Source: a virus. From it: DNA of 64,000 nucleotides. The stretch is taken from IMG/VR virus record IMGVR_UViG_3300004481_000068, one strand, 5' to 3'. The notes below the pieces were generated by a model. That model was not told the DNA's origin, did not search any database, and saw only the letters and a list, made by a program, of their open reading frames with translations. Below are positions 11,509 through 21,613 of this stretch, in pieces. Made by a program: the position numbers and the translations under genes. Positions within the stretch are counted from its first letter, which is position 1, and each line of letters opens with the position of its first letter.

Positions 11509-12123
11509 CTACAACTTAATTCTGTCAGGTGCAATGTCTTGCAATACTGCTGCACTACCGGTTAATTGAATAGCTGCTTGTGCTACTGGAGAATTGGGGT
11601 CTACTAATTGGTCAAAAGATAGCTCACCGTTTTCGTCGAGATATTCTTTTAACTGTTCAGGTTCTTGTCCTTCTTTCCAATAAAAACTATTACTAATGTC
11701 TGACATATACGCACCGTGATCAACAAGGCTGGGCAGATCAGCTACTAAATTTAGTCCTTTAGTATTGATTCTTAAAGCCACATCACTACCACTCAATAAT
11801 TTTTGTTTCGACGTTTTTGCGGGAGATGATGACAAATAAATAGGATTGACACCATAAACATCTTTAGCCCAGGTGCCACCCATAGTCATATAATGAGGGC
11901 TATTTACTTTTAGTCCATTTTTAAGGATTGATGCGGCATTTTTCTTATTTGTCACATGGTAGGCATTAACGTCAATTGTTTTGCTTTTGGATTTTTTTGC
12001 TGTTAAACGCTTTTTAGATTTCGGATGTTTACTAAGATACTTTCTTTGTTCGTCGAGCGAAAGCTCATCCCACTCGCGGGCCGTCTTTATGAAGTCTAAC
12101 TGTATTACTGCAAAGTGATTCAT
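11509..12123 (-). CDS. Leader-motif protein with ADP-ribosyltransferase-like domain
   Basis: MNHFAVIQLDFIKTAREWDELSLDEQRKYLSKHPKSKKRL, then AYHVTNKKNAASILKNGL...IYLS...ALRIN (H-x-T / Y-L-S ART-type strands). Confidence 0.55.
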   Translation of the reverse strand: MNHFAVIQLDFIKTAREWDELSLDEQRKYLSKHPKSKKRLTAKKSKSKTIDVNAYHVTNKKNAASILKNGLKVNSPHYMTMGGTWAKDVYGVNPIYLSSSPAKTSKQKLLSGSDVALRINTKGLNLVADLPSLVDHGAYMSDISNSFYWKEGQEPEQLKEYLDENGELSFDQLVDPNSPVAQAAIQLTGSAAVLQDIAPDRIKL

Positions 12124-12185
12124 TAATTGCCTCCTAAAACAGTCGAGTTATTAAAAAATGATTACGCTTTCACTCGACGACTGAC

Positions 12186-12242
12186 AAGCAAGTTGTTGCT
12201 GTCTATCCCTCTTTTCGATCCTCTTTATATAGTCGGCCCAAA
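12186..12242. repeat. 57-bp direct repeat, copy A
   Basis: 56/57 identical to 13179-13235. Confidence 0.85.
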
Positions 12243-12416
12243 TAATACTTGTATTTATGCCAAATCATATAAGCTCCAGCTACCATTGTTATTGGGTCGA
12301 GAAAACTTGGCTTCATATGCATTCCGTGCATCACGTGCCACAAAATAATACAAAGTTGACTAAGGACTCACAATAACATACGACAGCAAGAATTTTGTGA
12401 AAATAGTTTGGCTCTT

Positions 12417-12620
12417 TCATTCTTTCTCTTTAGATAAGATGAAGTCGAATTTTGTGACAGTTGACGGAGTGGGCGGCAAATAAAGATTATTAGTAGTACC
12501 TATAGCCTTTCCTGACGGATCATACACAAGAAAACGACTTACTCTACAACAACCAATATTAGGCACTTCTATAAACAAGTCTTCATCACCAACATTGTCG
12601 ACGTAAAAAGGCTCTAACAT
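12417..12620 (-). CDS. Hypothetical protein, paralogue of the C-terminus of 14275..14736
   Basis: VPNIGCCRVSRFLVYDPSGKAIG...VTKFDFILS versus IPKVGQCKIKRNVIFDSCGREIG...VTKFDFILS. Confidence 0.65.
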   Translation of the reverse strand: MLEPFYVDNVGDEDLFIEVPNIGCCRVSRFLVYDPSGKAIGTTNNLYLPPTPSTVTKFDFILSKEKE

Positions 12621-12629
12621 ACTATCTCT

Positions 12630-13121
12630 TCAATCGTTTACGTGTGTATGAGAGTTTGTTTTAATGATTTTAATCGACTTGATTGCAGATTTATTCCAGA
12701 CACAACCACTTGAACAATCCCAAATATAATACCATAACATATTAATTGCCGCCATAAAATTATGTTCATAAGGATCGATCTCTATCCCATCATATTTTTT
12801 TGCGACAGCTTGCCAATCTATCCACATTGACAAATGCTTAAAATCTACATTTTTAAAAATATCAGGCACAAAATCATATTTATCAATAAATAAACGAATA
12901 TCTGAAGATGAACGCAAACATAAGATCTTTGACATATCCAAATCTATAACATAATCATATCGTTTAATATATTCTTTCACATTAGACTTGCACCATCTAT
13001 GCCACTCTCCATTAATACCGTACCATAAACCTCTGGGCTTTAGCATTAGATGAGAATTTAATTGCTCAATATCTTTGACAGTTAAATTTGCTTCGTTTGT
13101 ATTATGTATTCTCATAATCAA
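12630..13121 (-). CDS. Hypothetical phage protein
   Basis: 163 aa; KPRGLWY...YDGIEI...WDCSSGCVWN motifs typical of large-phage hypotheticals. Confidence 0.6.
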   Translation of the reverse strand: MIMRIHNTNEANLTVKDIEQLNSHLMLKPRGLWYGINGEWHRWCKSNVKEYIKRYDYVIDLDMSKILCLRSSSDIRLFIDKYDFVPDIFKNVDFKHLSMWIDWQAVAKKYDGIEIDPYEHNFMAAINMLWYYIWDCSSGCVWNKSAIKSIKIIKTNSHTHVND

Positions 13122-13413
13122 TTTTTATCTTTCCAAACAGTCCATGCTGGATTAAATGTCTTTTGTGCTTCTTGTAATAAGCAAGCTGTTGCTGTCTATC
13201 CCTCTTTTCGATCCTCTTTATATAGTCGGCCCAAAGAATACCTGTATTTGTATAAGCTACTAATTTTCCATGAACTTTGCGGTAATCCATTCCCGGACAT
13301 CTGACAGGAGTCTGCATCGAGACTGCGAGGAATCTTTTACAGATGGGACAACACAATATCTTTCCGATAAGCTGCTCTTTTTCTCTTCGTGTCATTCTTT
13401 TTTCTCCACTCAT
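13102..13413 (-). CDS. Hypothetical Cys-containing protein, contains repeat copy B
   Basis: CCPIC...RCPG; the repeat encodes WADYIKRIEKRDRQQQL. Confidence 0.6.
   Translation of the reverse strand: MSGEKRMTRREKEQLIGKILCCPICKRFLAVSMQTPVRCPGMDYRKVHGKLVAYTNTGILWADYIKRIEKRDRQQQLAYYKKHKRHLIQHGLFGKIKIDYENT
13179..13235. repeat. 57-bp direct repeat, copy B
   Basis: 56/57 identical to 12186-12242. Confidence 0.85.
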
Positions 13414-13716
13414 TCCTACCTTTTTTAAGACGTTTTTCTAATTTATCAAATTCTATAAAAGCCTTTTCTAATTGATTAAAACCTTTTCGTGCCATAATCT
13501 TACTGTGAATACGCTTTACATTGAGCACATCGTTCAGAAAAATCAGAATCATTTATTCTATGCTCACTTACTTTTAACCTAGCATTAAACAACTTACAAG
13601 TATCCCACTGCAAACTGGTCTTATTTGCTAGCACGAGTTGCGGACAATAAGGACTACATAATAATGCAGGATACTCGCAATGCACCTCAATTGGAACAAT
13701 TATAGTTTTTTTCATA

Positions 13717-13938
13717 TTAATGCCCTGCATCTAATTTGATAGTGTCACCTATTTTCCCGAAGTCAGAACTGTTTCGAGTTGTCCCGTCTTTAATGTCTTT
13801 TAAAATGCAAATAGAATCTGTCGTATAAGTCCAACCACTTGGCTTAATATTTTTAACTTTCCCAACAATTACAAATGTTCTTGATACTTCACACGACACA
13901 AGCAAAAGAATTGACAACAAAACAATCATCTTTTTCAT
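13717..13938 (-). CDS. Small predicted lipoprotein
   Basis: MKKMIVLLSILLLVSC: basic N-region, hydrophobic core, lipobox LVSC. Confidence 0.6.
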   Translation of the reverse strand: MKKMIVLLSILLLVSCEVSRTFVIVGKVKNIKPSGWTYTTDSICILKDIKDGTTRNSSDFGKIGDTIKLDAGH

Positions 13939-14274
13939 ATACTTCCTCCAGTTAGTTGATGTATTTATATAAATCTGGAATCGTCGAATCTACTGACTGT
14001 AGCTTTTATTGTTTCCATGTTAACCTACAAATTTATGTGTAGGTTTGCAATCTTTCTTAGTACATTTATCTTCTTTATTAAATCCTTTTTTGCAATTACA
14101 GGTTTCAAAAATAGGGTGTTCATGATTGTGAGGACAATCTTTATCATTACACTTATTCTTATCCGGACATACAAAAAGATACCCATACATTTGTTGGTCT
14201 GTTAAATTAGAAAGTTTAACATTTTTAACTTTGATATATTTTGACATATTATTCCTCACAACGGTCGTTTCCAA

Positions 14275-14736
14275 TCATCGACTCCTCAATGACAAGATAA
14301 AATCAAACTTTGTGACGACGCGAATAGATAAAGGACTTATTGCATATAAATCTAAATTACTACTAGCATAACCAATCTCACGGCCACACGAGTCGAATAT
14401 AACATTTCGCTTAATCTTACATTGACCAACTTTCGGTATATACATCTCACCATTGCCAAAACTATTAGTTATCTGATTATTCTTAGCTTTTAACAACGAC
14501 AGGTTAATATCTTTATGTCGGCCAAAGAAAACAATTTTAGGAGAATCTCTAAAGGTCCATGTCCAAGTCATACCATAATCGTTAGATACATACATCTCAA
14601 GAGATATCCAATGACCAATTCGTCTTCGCCGATTTTTTGAGGTAGACGTAGCAATGCTCCAAGGAACTTGCTGATTGTCAACTGTTGCTACTAGTGTCTT
14701 GCCGTCACTTGATTGTACGATATCATGCCAATTCAT
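14275..14736 (-). CDS. Hypothetical protein with Asp-box
   Basis: VSNDYGMTW matches the S-x-D-x-G-x-T-W BNR repeat; C-terminus paralogous to 12417..12620. Confidence 0.55.
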   Translation of the reverse strand: MNWHDIVQSSDGKTLVATVDNQQVPWSIATSTSKNRRRRIGHWISLEMYVSNDYGMTWTWTFRDSPKIVFFGRHKDINLSLLKAKNNQITNSFGNGEMYIPKVGQCKIKRNVIFDSCGREIGYASSNLDLYAISPLSIRVVTKFDFILSLRSR

Positions 14737-15852
14737 AATCCCTCTATTGATACAAATCTACCATGCATGTCGTCGCTCTCTATTCTATTAGCATATCCTT
14801 GTGTTACGTGCATATGCCTAAATGTTCTTCCGGAAAACAAACATATCCACTCGGGCCGCAAGAACAATGTTTTACAAGGTACTTCATATTGCTGCATCTT
14901 TGCTATAGCTTCAACGATGCAGGCTTCTACTTTACTCCTAACCTCTCTCAAATATTGTAAGAACTCGTCGTGTATTAGTTTTAACTTGTTCTCTTGCCCA
15001 TAAAATAGACCCATTAATACAGGTTTACTCTGCCAACAACCAGTGAACACTACATCATCTTTTTCGAGACGCCAATCAAAATACTCTAATTGGTGATAAA
15101 ACTGGTCGTTAAACTCTTCGTCAGTCACTACAAGCTTTTTATTCTCTTCATTCCATCGAGGTTCAGACAACTTGCACTGAGGCCGATCGTGACTAACATC
15201 CATATACTTCTTAAACAACTCTTTTAATTTGTCTTCATATTGCACGGTAATCAGGCCTTATGCGACACCAGATGTCATAAAAGAAATCTAATATTCTATT
15301 CACGACAGCGAATATTGCGAGTGTGAATAAAATTAGTATTACTAAAAACACTATTAAACTTATGATGGCGACCACTACAATTAAGAATAACTTCATCATA
15401 ACAGTCTCTCTCTGATAATTAGTGGACATACATATATTGATTTTATGGTGTGACAACCAAAATTGTCTCTAGGTAATAATCCTTCAAATAATCTAAATGC
15501 TTCTTGAGATATATGTGGGTATAGTTCTCCAGGTGATTTCTCACCGAGGTCAGGTCGATAACACATTCCATAAGGATAATTATGGTGATGATTCCATCCT
15601 GCTGCATGTACATCGTTGTTAGCTGTAGTGTAGGGTGCGAAGTATTTGATAGCTTGGATGAGAGGTTTTATTTTGGTTAAGTCGACTTCAGAGATGGGGT
15701 TAGTTGACGTTAAACAATCATCGTCATTAGTATCTACTTTGATAGTGATTTCTAGCATGTTATTCCTCTAGCGTAAAAGTATAAAAATGGATTATCACGA
15801 CCAGGGTTTATAATCAAGATGGGAGTCGATGGGAGGCTCAACCATAAGCTCC

Positions 15853-15894
15853 CAGTTCAACGAGAGCACACGTCGGCTCGAACGTCGCACTCGG
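15853..15894. repeat. 42-nt intergenic element, copy 2
   Basis: CAGTTCAACGAGAGCACACGTCGGCTCGAACGTCGCACTCGG; adjacent GGGAG...CTCCC hairpin at about 15821-15853. Confidence 0.8.
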
Positions 15895-17293
15895 GGGTAT
15901 GACGGATAAATTCAAACACCGACGCACACGAGAATATCTGATAACAGTAATTCATTTATGTTTGCTTATGAAGAGAGAAGTCTTTTTTAGTTTGTTAATA
16001 CTTGGTAGTTCAAGGTCCCACTGACGTATATGACACTTGAATAATGACTTTTTTAGGGCTTCAATTTCTGCATTAAACACTTTGTTTATTTGATCGAGAA
16101 TCATTGTTATGTTAAAGCATTTTTCAATCGTCTTGATATTAAGTTTCTTGAAGAATATAAAAGTCTCTTTACTGTCTGTGTCGTACAAGTAATGAATATT
16201 TCTTTCTGTAAGAAAGTCTTTAAATTCTTTAATTGAAAAAATTATTGAATGGTTTACGTAGGAGTTATGAGGTCTAAAAAAGTACCAGCCGTTGTATTTT
16301 TTAATAATCTCAGCTGGTTGTGAAGAATACTTCTTTATTTCGTAGAAGATGCCAAAGTCGAATATAAATGCGACATCGTTAGAACAAACTTTATTTATTA
16401 AATTTTGATTTGAGTCAAAGAATTTTTGAAAGATTTTTAATTCATTTAAGAAGTATCTGTATGGTCTTTTTTGTAATCCGCCTGAATAAACTGACACATG
16501 ATAATTAGGACTGTTCATATTAGCCCACTGTTGCACATCATCGTCGTCATTTTTTATAGCGACTGTTATACCTTTTGCGAGTTCTTTGATTTTGTAGTTT
16601 TCTCCACCAGTATATGGTCTTATGTGAACGTGAATCGTTAATTCTTTATCTCTCATTTTATCTCCCTTTATTTACTTTTTGTTTTCTAATAGAGGTCGAA
16701 GCGTTTTCCATGTGTGTTTGAAGCAGTAGTCAATAGTTCTTTCGACGATGTATTCTATTGTACATCTTGAGTGTCCAGCTGGCCTGATGCATCTTTCTAT
16801 TATGACGTCGAGAGGTTTTGGTTTTAGCCGTCGAAGTGTGAAATAGATTCGCATTAATTTTTTGTTTTCTAAACGCCATGTTTTGTAATATTTTTTGTTA
16901 TATCCAGTTTTTTGGTATTTCAAATATAAGTTTTTCATACATTCTCTTTGCACAAGTCTAGCATTCTCTTTACGTAAGGGACAGTCATGATAGTTTTTTC
17001 TAGTCCAGCCAGATCGGATGATTCTTGAACATCCAAATATGATCATAGGGTCGTGCCATTTACAGGCAGTGACTTTGCAGCGATTAGTGGTTTTTAGTGT
17101 TCGACTTTGGAGGATGATACGACCAGCTTTTCTGTCCAAAATAATTTTATATTTTTTTGATTTGCCTGCGAGTACTTTATTATGAGTATGATTAGGATCA
17201 ATACGATCTGCCATATTGTTTACAGCGACCTTTACTGCTTGTCTAAAGATAGGTCCTACTGCTTTGACTGCTTGAGTTGACATAGTATATTCC

Positions 17294-18421
17294 TTATGTA
17301 ATCTCATCTTTGATTGTTTTAAAAGCCTGACACATGCCGTCTTCTGAATGCTCGAACCATTTATCTTCAGTATGATTTCCCTTTTTGTTGTATATAACTA
17401 TCTTTATAGGGCCAGAGTACATGCCCCATTCTAAATCTATTGTGAGTTTCTTTTTATTTTTTTTACTTTGCACAATTCTTCGGCAGAAACGTTGTTCTTC
17501 AACTTTAAAATGTGGGCACCAATCTTTGTGGGTAATTCCGATTCCGCAATGATCTTCTGGCGAAAGAGCATGATCTTTGACTAGATTGACATAGGTTAAA
17601 AATAATGGGTCAGTGTCTTTGAAGCGTTTCATTTTTTCTTCATACCGTTGATGGGCTTCTTCTTGTTCTTTTCGTAATTTTTTCTCTTCTTCTGAAACGT
17701 CTTCGTTTAGTAGACGAAGTTTTAATCCCTCTCGTACGAATGTTTTGGTAGCTCTCAGTACTGGCGGTTTGCTTGTTATTTCTTCACTGTCTTCATCTTC
17801 TTCAGATTTTGTGTAATAAGTTTTAATGATATTGTTAGGTTCAAAAGTGGGCCATTTGTTATCTTCATCTATACAGTCATCGTCACAGGTAATTTCTTGC
17901 CAACTACTCATTGGGTCTGAAAAATCATAGAATCTGAACTCATAAGGACACGCCCAAATACAGCCGGCAACTGTGAGAATTTTTGTAGTTGGATCGAAGC
18001 GGTGTGCAGACCAGCAGAAGCCTGCTCCGCTTTTAGCTTCAGCGGGAATGAAGTCTAGTCTTGTATTGGTGTCTAATTCAAGTACAGTTTGTCCTTGATA
18101 ATCTGCTCCACAGATGAGGTACTGGTGGCCGTTTGGATGATCGATCCAAGAGTAGGGGAAACTACAATAATTACGTTGTATTTCAAAGATTGGTTTGTCA
18201 GTGCCAACATGATAGACAAGTCCTTGTGTATAATTCCAGCAACCTTTTTTGGTGGAGTATGGAGTAAGTACAAGTCTGTATTTGTTGTTTGGAGATAAAT
18301 AATCCCCAAACACTTTGCCCATATTTTTGTGAGTAAAAAATTTAGAAATGCTTTTATGTTTTTTTAACATTTTAAAAATTTTCATGGTGTTAATTTCTTT
18401 TTTGAAGTAGAATCTCCGCAA
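17294..18421 (-). CDS. Conserved-looking hypothetical phage protein
   Basis: 375-aa ORF with W/C/G-rich motifs (GCWNYTQG, GADYQG, GFCW, GCIWACPYE); no function assignable. Confidence 0.65.
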   Translation of the reverse strand: MRRFYFKKEINTMKIFKMLKKHKSISKFFTHKNMGKVFGDYLSPNNKYRLVLTPYSTKKGCWNYTQGLVYHVGTDKPIFEIQRNYCSFPYSWIDHPNGHQYLICGADYQGQTVLELDTNTRLDFIPAEAKSGAGFCWSAHRFDPTTKILTVAGCIWACPYEFRFYDFSDPMSSWQEITCDDDCIDEDNKWPTFEPNNIIKTYYTKSEEDEDSEEITSKPPVLRATKTFVREGLKLRLLNEDVSEEEKKLRKEQEEAHQRYEEKMKRFKDTDPLFLTYVNLVKDHALSPEDHCGIGITHKDWCPHFKVEEQRFCRRIVQSKKNKKKLTIDLEWGMYSGPIKIVIYNKKGNHTEDKWFEHSEDGMCQAFKTIKDEIT

Positions 18422-19306
18422 GGCAAGACGAATGTAGGTTGTTTACCGCCGTCCCATGGCGATTTAATCCACACATAGCAACTATCTGTTTTTGCTATTC
18501 GTATGTCGCCGTTTATTGCGTCTTTTTGTCCTTCAAAATAAGCACGTTCCATCTCTCTATAGATTTCTTTTTTGAGACTGTCGAGCGTTGTATTAATAAA
18601 TTGTGTTTTACGTTCTACTAATTTAGACTGCTTATATAATGCCATATTATATACTGCCGTACATAAACAACTAATCGCGATTATGGCAAAGATTACGGCT
18701 ATGATTTTTAGTTTCATTTTGACGTCCGTTCTGCTGGGAATACTGTGTAGAGTGTATGACCGCCTTTTGTGAACCCGTTTGTTTTAGCACAATTAGGCGG
18801 ACATGTTTTATCTGGTTTACAAATTTTTGCTCGCTTTACTATTGTGCGAATGCCTGCTATTCTTGCCAGATCGAGACCATTAAGCGTTCTAAATTCACAG
18901 TCACTGTTGACTTTAAATTGTTTGACAATAGTGTCGTGATCTAATTGAATGTGTTTTCGAATTTCACAAATTGGTTTCTTTTCATCACGTATGAAGACAG
19001 AGATGCTGTTTTCAATAAATTGTCTTAAGTATTTGCGGAGAACATCACGAGTGAAGACGCCAGTTATATAATCGTCTTTATTTATTATAGCGTAGACTTG
19101 CATGTTATGTTTTGTCGATGTGGTTAATTATACATTTTGGTTCGCTACAAACAGCTACTGCACCAGATCGCCGGCCTTCATAACTAATTACATGAAATCG
19201 TGCTCCTTCACAACGAACATGCTTAACAAATCCTGGAACACTGCTTTTTTCAACAGGATAACCAAAATCAGGAATTTTTTCTAAGCGAATTTCGTCGTTT
19301 TTCATT

Positions 19307-19651
19307 TCATTTTTCATTTTTTTCTTTCTTGGCTTCTGAGCCAGCTTCTGAGCCGGCTTCTGAGCCAGCTTCTGAGCCGGCTGTTGAGCTAGCTGTTGAG
19401 CTGGCTGTTGAGCTGGCTGTTGAGCCGGCTGTTGAGCTCCACTGTGGTATTTTTACTGCTTGGGCTACTACTTCACCACCTTTGTATAAAGTTGGTGAAG
19501 GTTTCGGGCATTTGCATTGTGAATGATGCTGCTTACATACATTGCACCATTCAGATAAGATGTGTTGACTCTTTTTTAAGCTTTCTAGTCTTTCTTTAAT
19601 ATCAGGACAAGTACATTCACTAAGATGATTGCCGCATTTCATGCACCACAT
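19307..19651 (-). CDS. Cys-rich (Zn-finger-like) protein with low-complexity tetrapeptide tail
   Basis: CMKC..ECTC..CNVC..CKCP followed by (SSTA/GSTA)5(GSEA)4. Confidence 0.7.
   Translation of the reverse strand: MWCMKCGNHLSECTCPDIKERLESLKKSQHILSEWCNVCKQHHSQCKCPKPSPTLYKGGEVVAQAVKIPQWSSTAGSTASSTASSTASSTAGSEAGSEAGSEAGSEAKKEKNEK
19331..19438. repeat. Tandem array of nine 12-bp units
   Basis: 4 x RGCTTCTGAGCC followed by 5 x RGCTGTTGAGCY. Confidence 0.9.
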
Positions 19652-20297
19652 ATGTTACCTTTTCTGTCGACGGGCACGTTTAATCTTTTGTATGATTTTT
19701 TTGTCTGATTTAGCTAAGTGTTTGTTCCATTTTTCACGAAGTGACATCAACGATTCTGTGATTTTTGTTTCTTGTTTTAGTAAGTGATTTCTTTCTAAAG
19801 CCGAATCTGATGTTCTAAGATGTTTTCTTACTAAGGCAAGGGCACGCTCATAGCTATCAATATCTCTGAGAAGTTCTGTAGATTTGCAATTAGTCTTCAC
19901 TTTTTATTAAGTCCTTTTTTTGTTCTTTAGCTTTTTCTAAATCTTGTTCTAATTCTCTGATTTTATTGCTAACGTCTTTTATTTTTTGATGACGAACGTT
20001 TTTTAGAGCTTTAGGAAAGCCTTTAAGACATTTGATGAAAGCTTCTTCTACAGATTCTTCTACTTCCGTAACAATTTCGCGAAAGTCGTGCTTAAGTGTG
20101 ACTCGGTAGCCATGACAATGAGATTTGATACTGATGTCGCGGAAAGTGAATCCTTTGACGAATTGTTGCATATCTTGTAAGACAGATGGTGGTATACGTT
20201 CATCTTCGTCTAATGTCATAAGAGTCCTTTGATTATTTTTCTTTTGAATCACATATGTAAATAGTCATATTATTTATCATAGACTGCTTTGAGATTT

Positions 20298-21026
20298 TCA
20301 TATTTTGCATCCTAAAAAAGTAGATAAATGTCTAAATTCTATGCTTTTAGGAAGAGCACCGATGCCAATATTTGCACAAGCTTTGTATAAGTCAATTTCT
20401 TTAAAATAGCAAATGACTCTGTCATTTCCAGTGTTATAAACATCTTGTTTTCCTAAAATGTATCGTCGCTCACACATATACTCTTTAGTAAGATTTTTTA
20501 AAATTCTGTCTTCTAATTCAAAAGATATTTGTTTTTTTAATTTTAACTGGTCTTGATTATAAGGGTCGTTTATGTTGCATAAAATCTTTCTATGTTTATT
20601 AAATAATTTGTCATTTTTTATAAATTCTAATAAATATTTTTTATGATATATTCCTAAATTACATGAAAGTTCTGTGTCTTTAGTTAATTTTATAGCTTTA
20701 GATTTAACACAGATTTTGTCAATGTTGTTTTTGAAATTAGGTCCAGCAAAGGTTGTATCATGCAAATAAAAATAGTAGTTTTGATCGAAAAAATTTTCAT
20801 ACTTTTCTATAATGAAAAAAGCTGTTTGATCTAGAGCATTTATTTGTGTGTTAAGACATTGAAATTTTTGAGAGGGATCTATAAAAAACTCAGCACTTTC
20901 ATTTTCGCAACCGCCAATTATTACAAGAATGTCTTTAGGATCTATACCGCAAGCAATTAAAGAAGGAATGATTTTTTTTAAACTAATTGATGAATAATTT
21001 TGGTTAGAATTTATTAGATATTTCAT
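20298..21026 (-). CDS. Putative GT-A-like glycosyltransferase
   Basis: ILVIIGG, YYFYLHDT acidic motif; located in glycan cluster. Confidence 0.4.
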   Translation of the reverse strand: MKYLINSNQNYSSISLKKIIPSLIACGIDPKDILVIIGGCENESAEFFIDPSQKFQCLNTQINALDQTAFFIIEKYENFFDQNYYFYLHDTTFAGPNFKNNIDKICVKSKAIKLTKDTELSCNLGIYHKKYLLEFIKNDKLFNKHRKILCNINDPYNQDQLKLKKQISFELEDRILKNLTKEYMCERRYILGKQDVYNTGNDRVICYFKEIDLYKACANIGIGALPKSIEFRHLSTFLGCKI

Positions 21027-21613
21027 GTAAGATCTTCACAATTTGTGGCTATGTAAAGTCCATTTCCGTAACTATATGGACTATTGTAATATACATTTTC
21101 TAATGAGTTAACTCGTTCCCATTTTCTATCGTCGACTCTTTTAAGTTTTATTATAGAGTTGTTATATTCAGCAAATGCGTCTATGTCTCGTGTATACGAT
21201 CGAGGCCATGTTATTAAGTAAATTGTAGCTTCTAACATTTTAAGTAAAGTTTGCAAGGATAAACCGTCGATTGCAGGTTCGTCGTAGTCACCTCTGCCTA
21301 CGTGTTCAATTGTCGAGATTGATAAAAGAATTTTGTTTTTGTAGTTAAGATTTTCAGCTCTTTCTCTTATACATTTTGAGTAAGGGTCTTTTATGTCAAA
21401 AACGTCATGAGTGATGCTAAAGTAGTAGGGTGTCACGGCTCCTATTTCAATTAAGTTAGAATGTTTTTTGAGGAACCATTCAGCTAAAGGTACTTCAACC
21501 ATTCGTTCATTTTTAGCCGCATTATTATATGAGACTTCTTGGTCCCAAAGAGAGATTTCTATTTGGCCGATTTTCAGTTTACTTACAACTATTTTTGTAT
21601 TGGAGTCGTTCAT
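21023..21613 (-). CDS. Methyltransferase-like protein
   Basis: ERMVEVPL, LIEIGAV, LSISTIEHVG motifs; cluster context. Confidence 0.45.
   Translation of the reverse strand: MNDSNTKIVVSKLKIGQIEISLWDQEVSYNNAAKNERMVEVPLAEWFLKKHSNLIEIGAVTPYYFSITHDVFDIKDPYSKCIRERAENLNYKNKILLSISTIEHVGRGDYDEPAIDGLSLQTLLKMLEATIYLITWPRSYTRDIDAFAEYNNSIIKLKRVDDRKWERVNSLENVYYNSPYSYGNGLYIATNCEDLT

Noticed and set aside
15870-15890. GTTCGAGC on the minus strand looks like a tRNA T-loop
   Set aside because: The flanking stem has an A-A mismatch and no acceptor stem, anticodon arm or CCA can be built; no tRNA called here or noticed elsewhere in the window
19331-19438. Possible CRISPR array
   Set aside because: 12-bp units abut with no spacers and encode an in-frame peptide repeat; no cas genes visible
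19329-19599. Plus-strand ORFs 19329..19526 and 19396..19599
   Set aside because: Antisense shadows created by the stop-free tandem repeat
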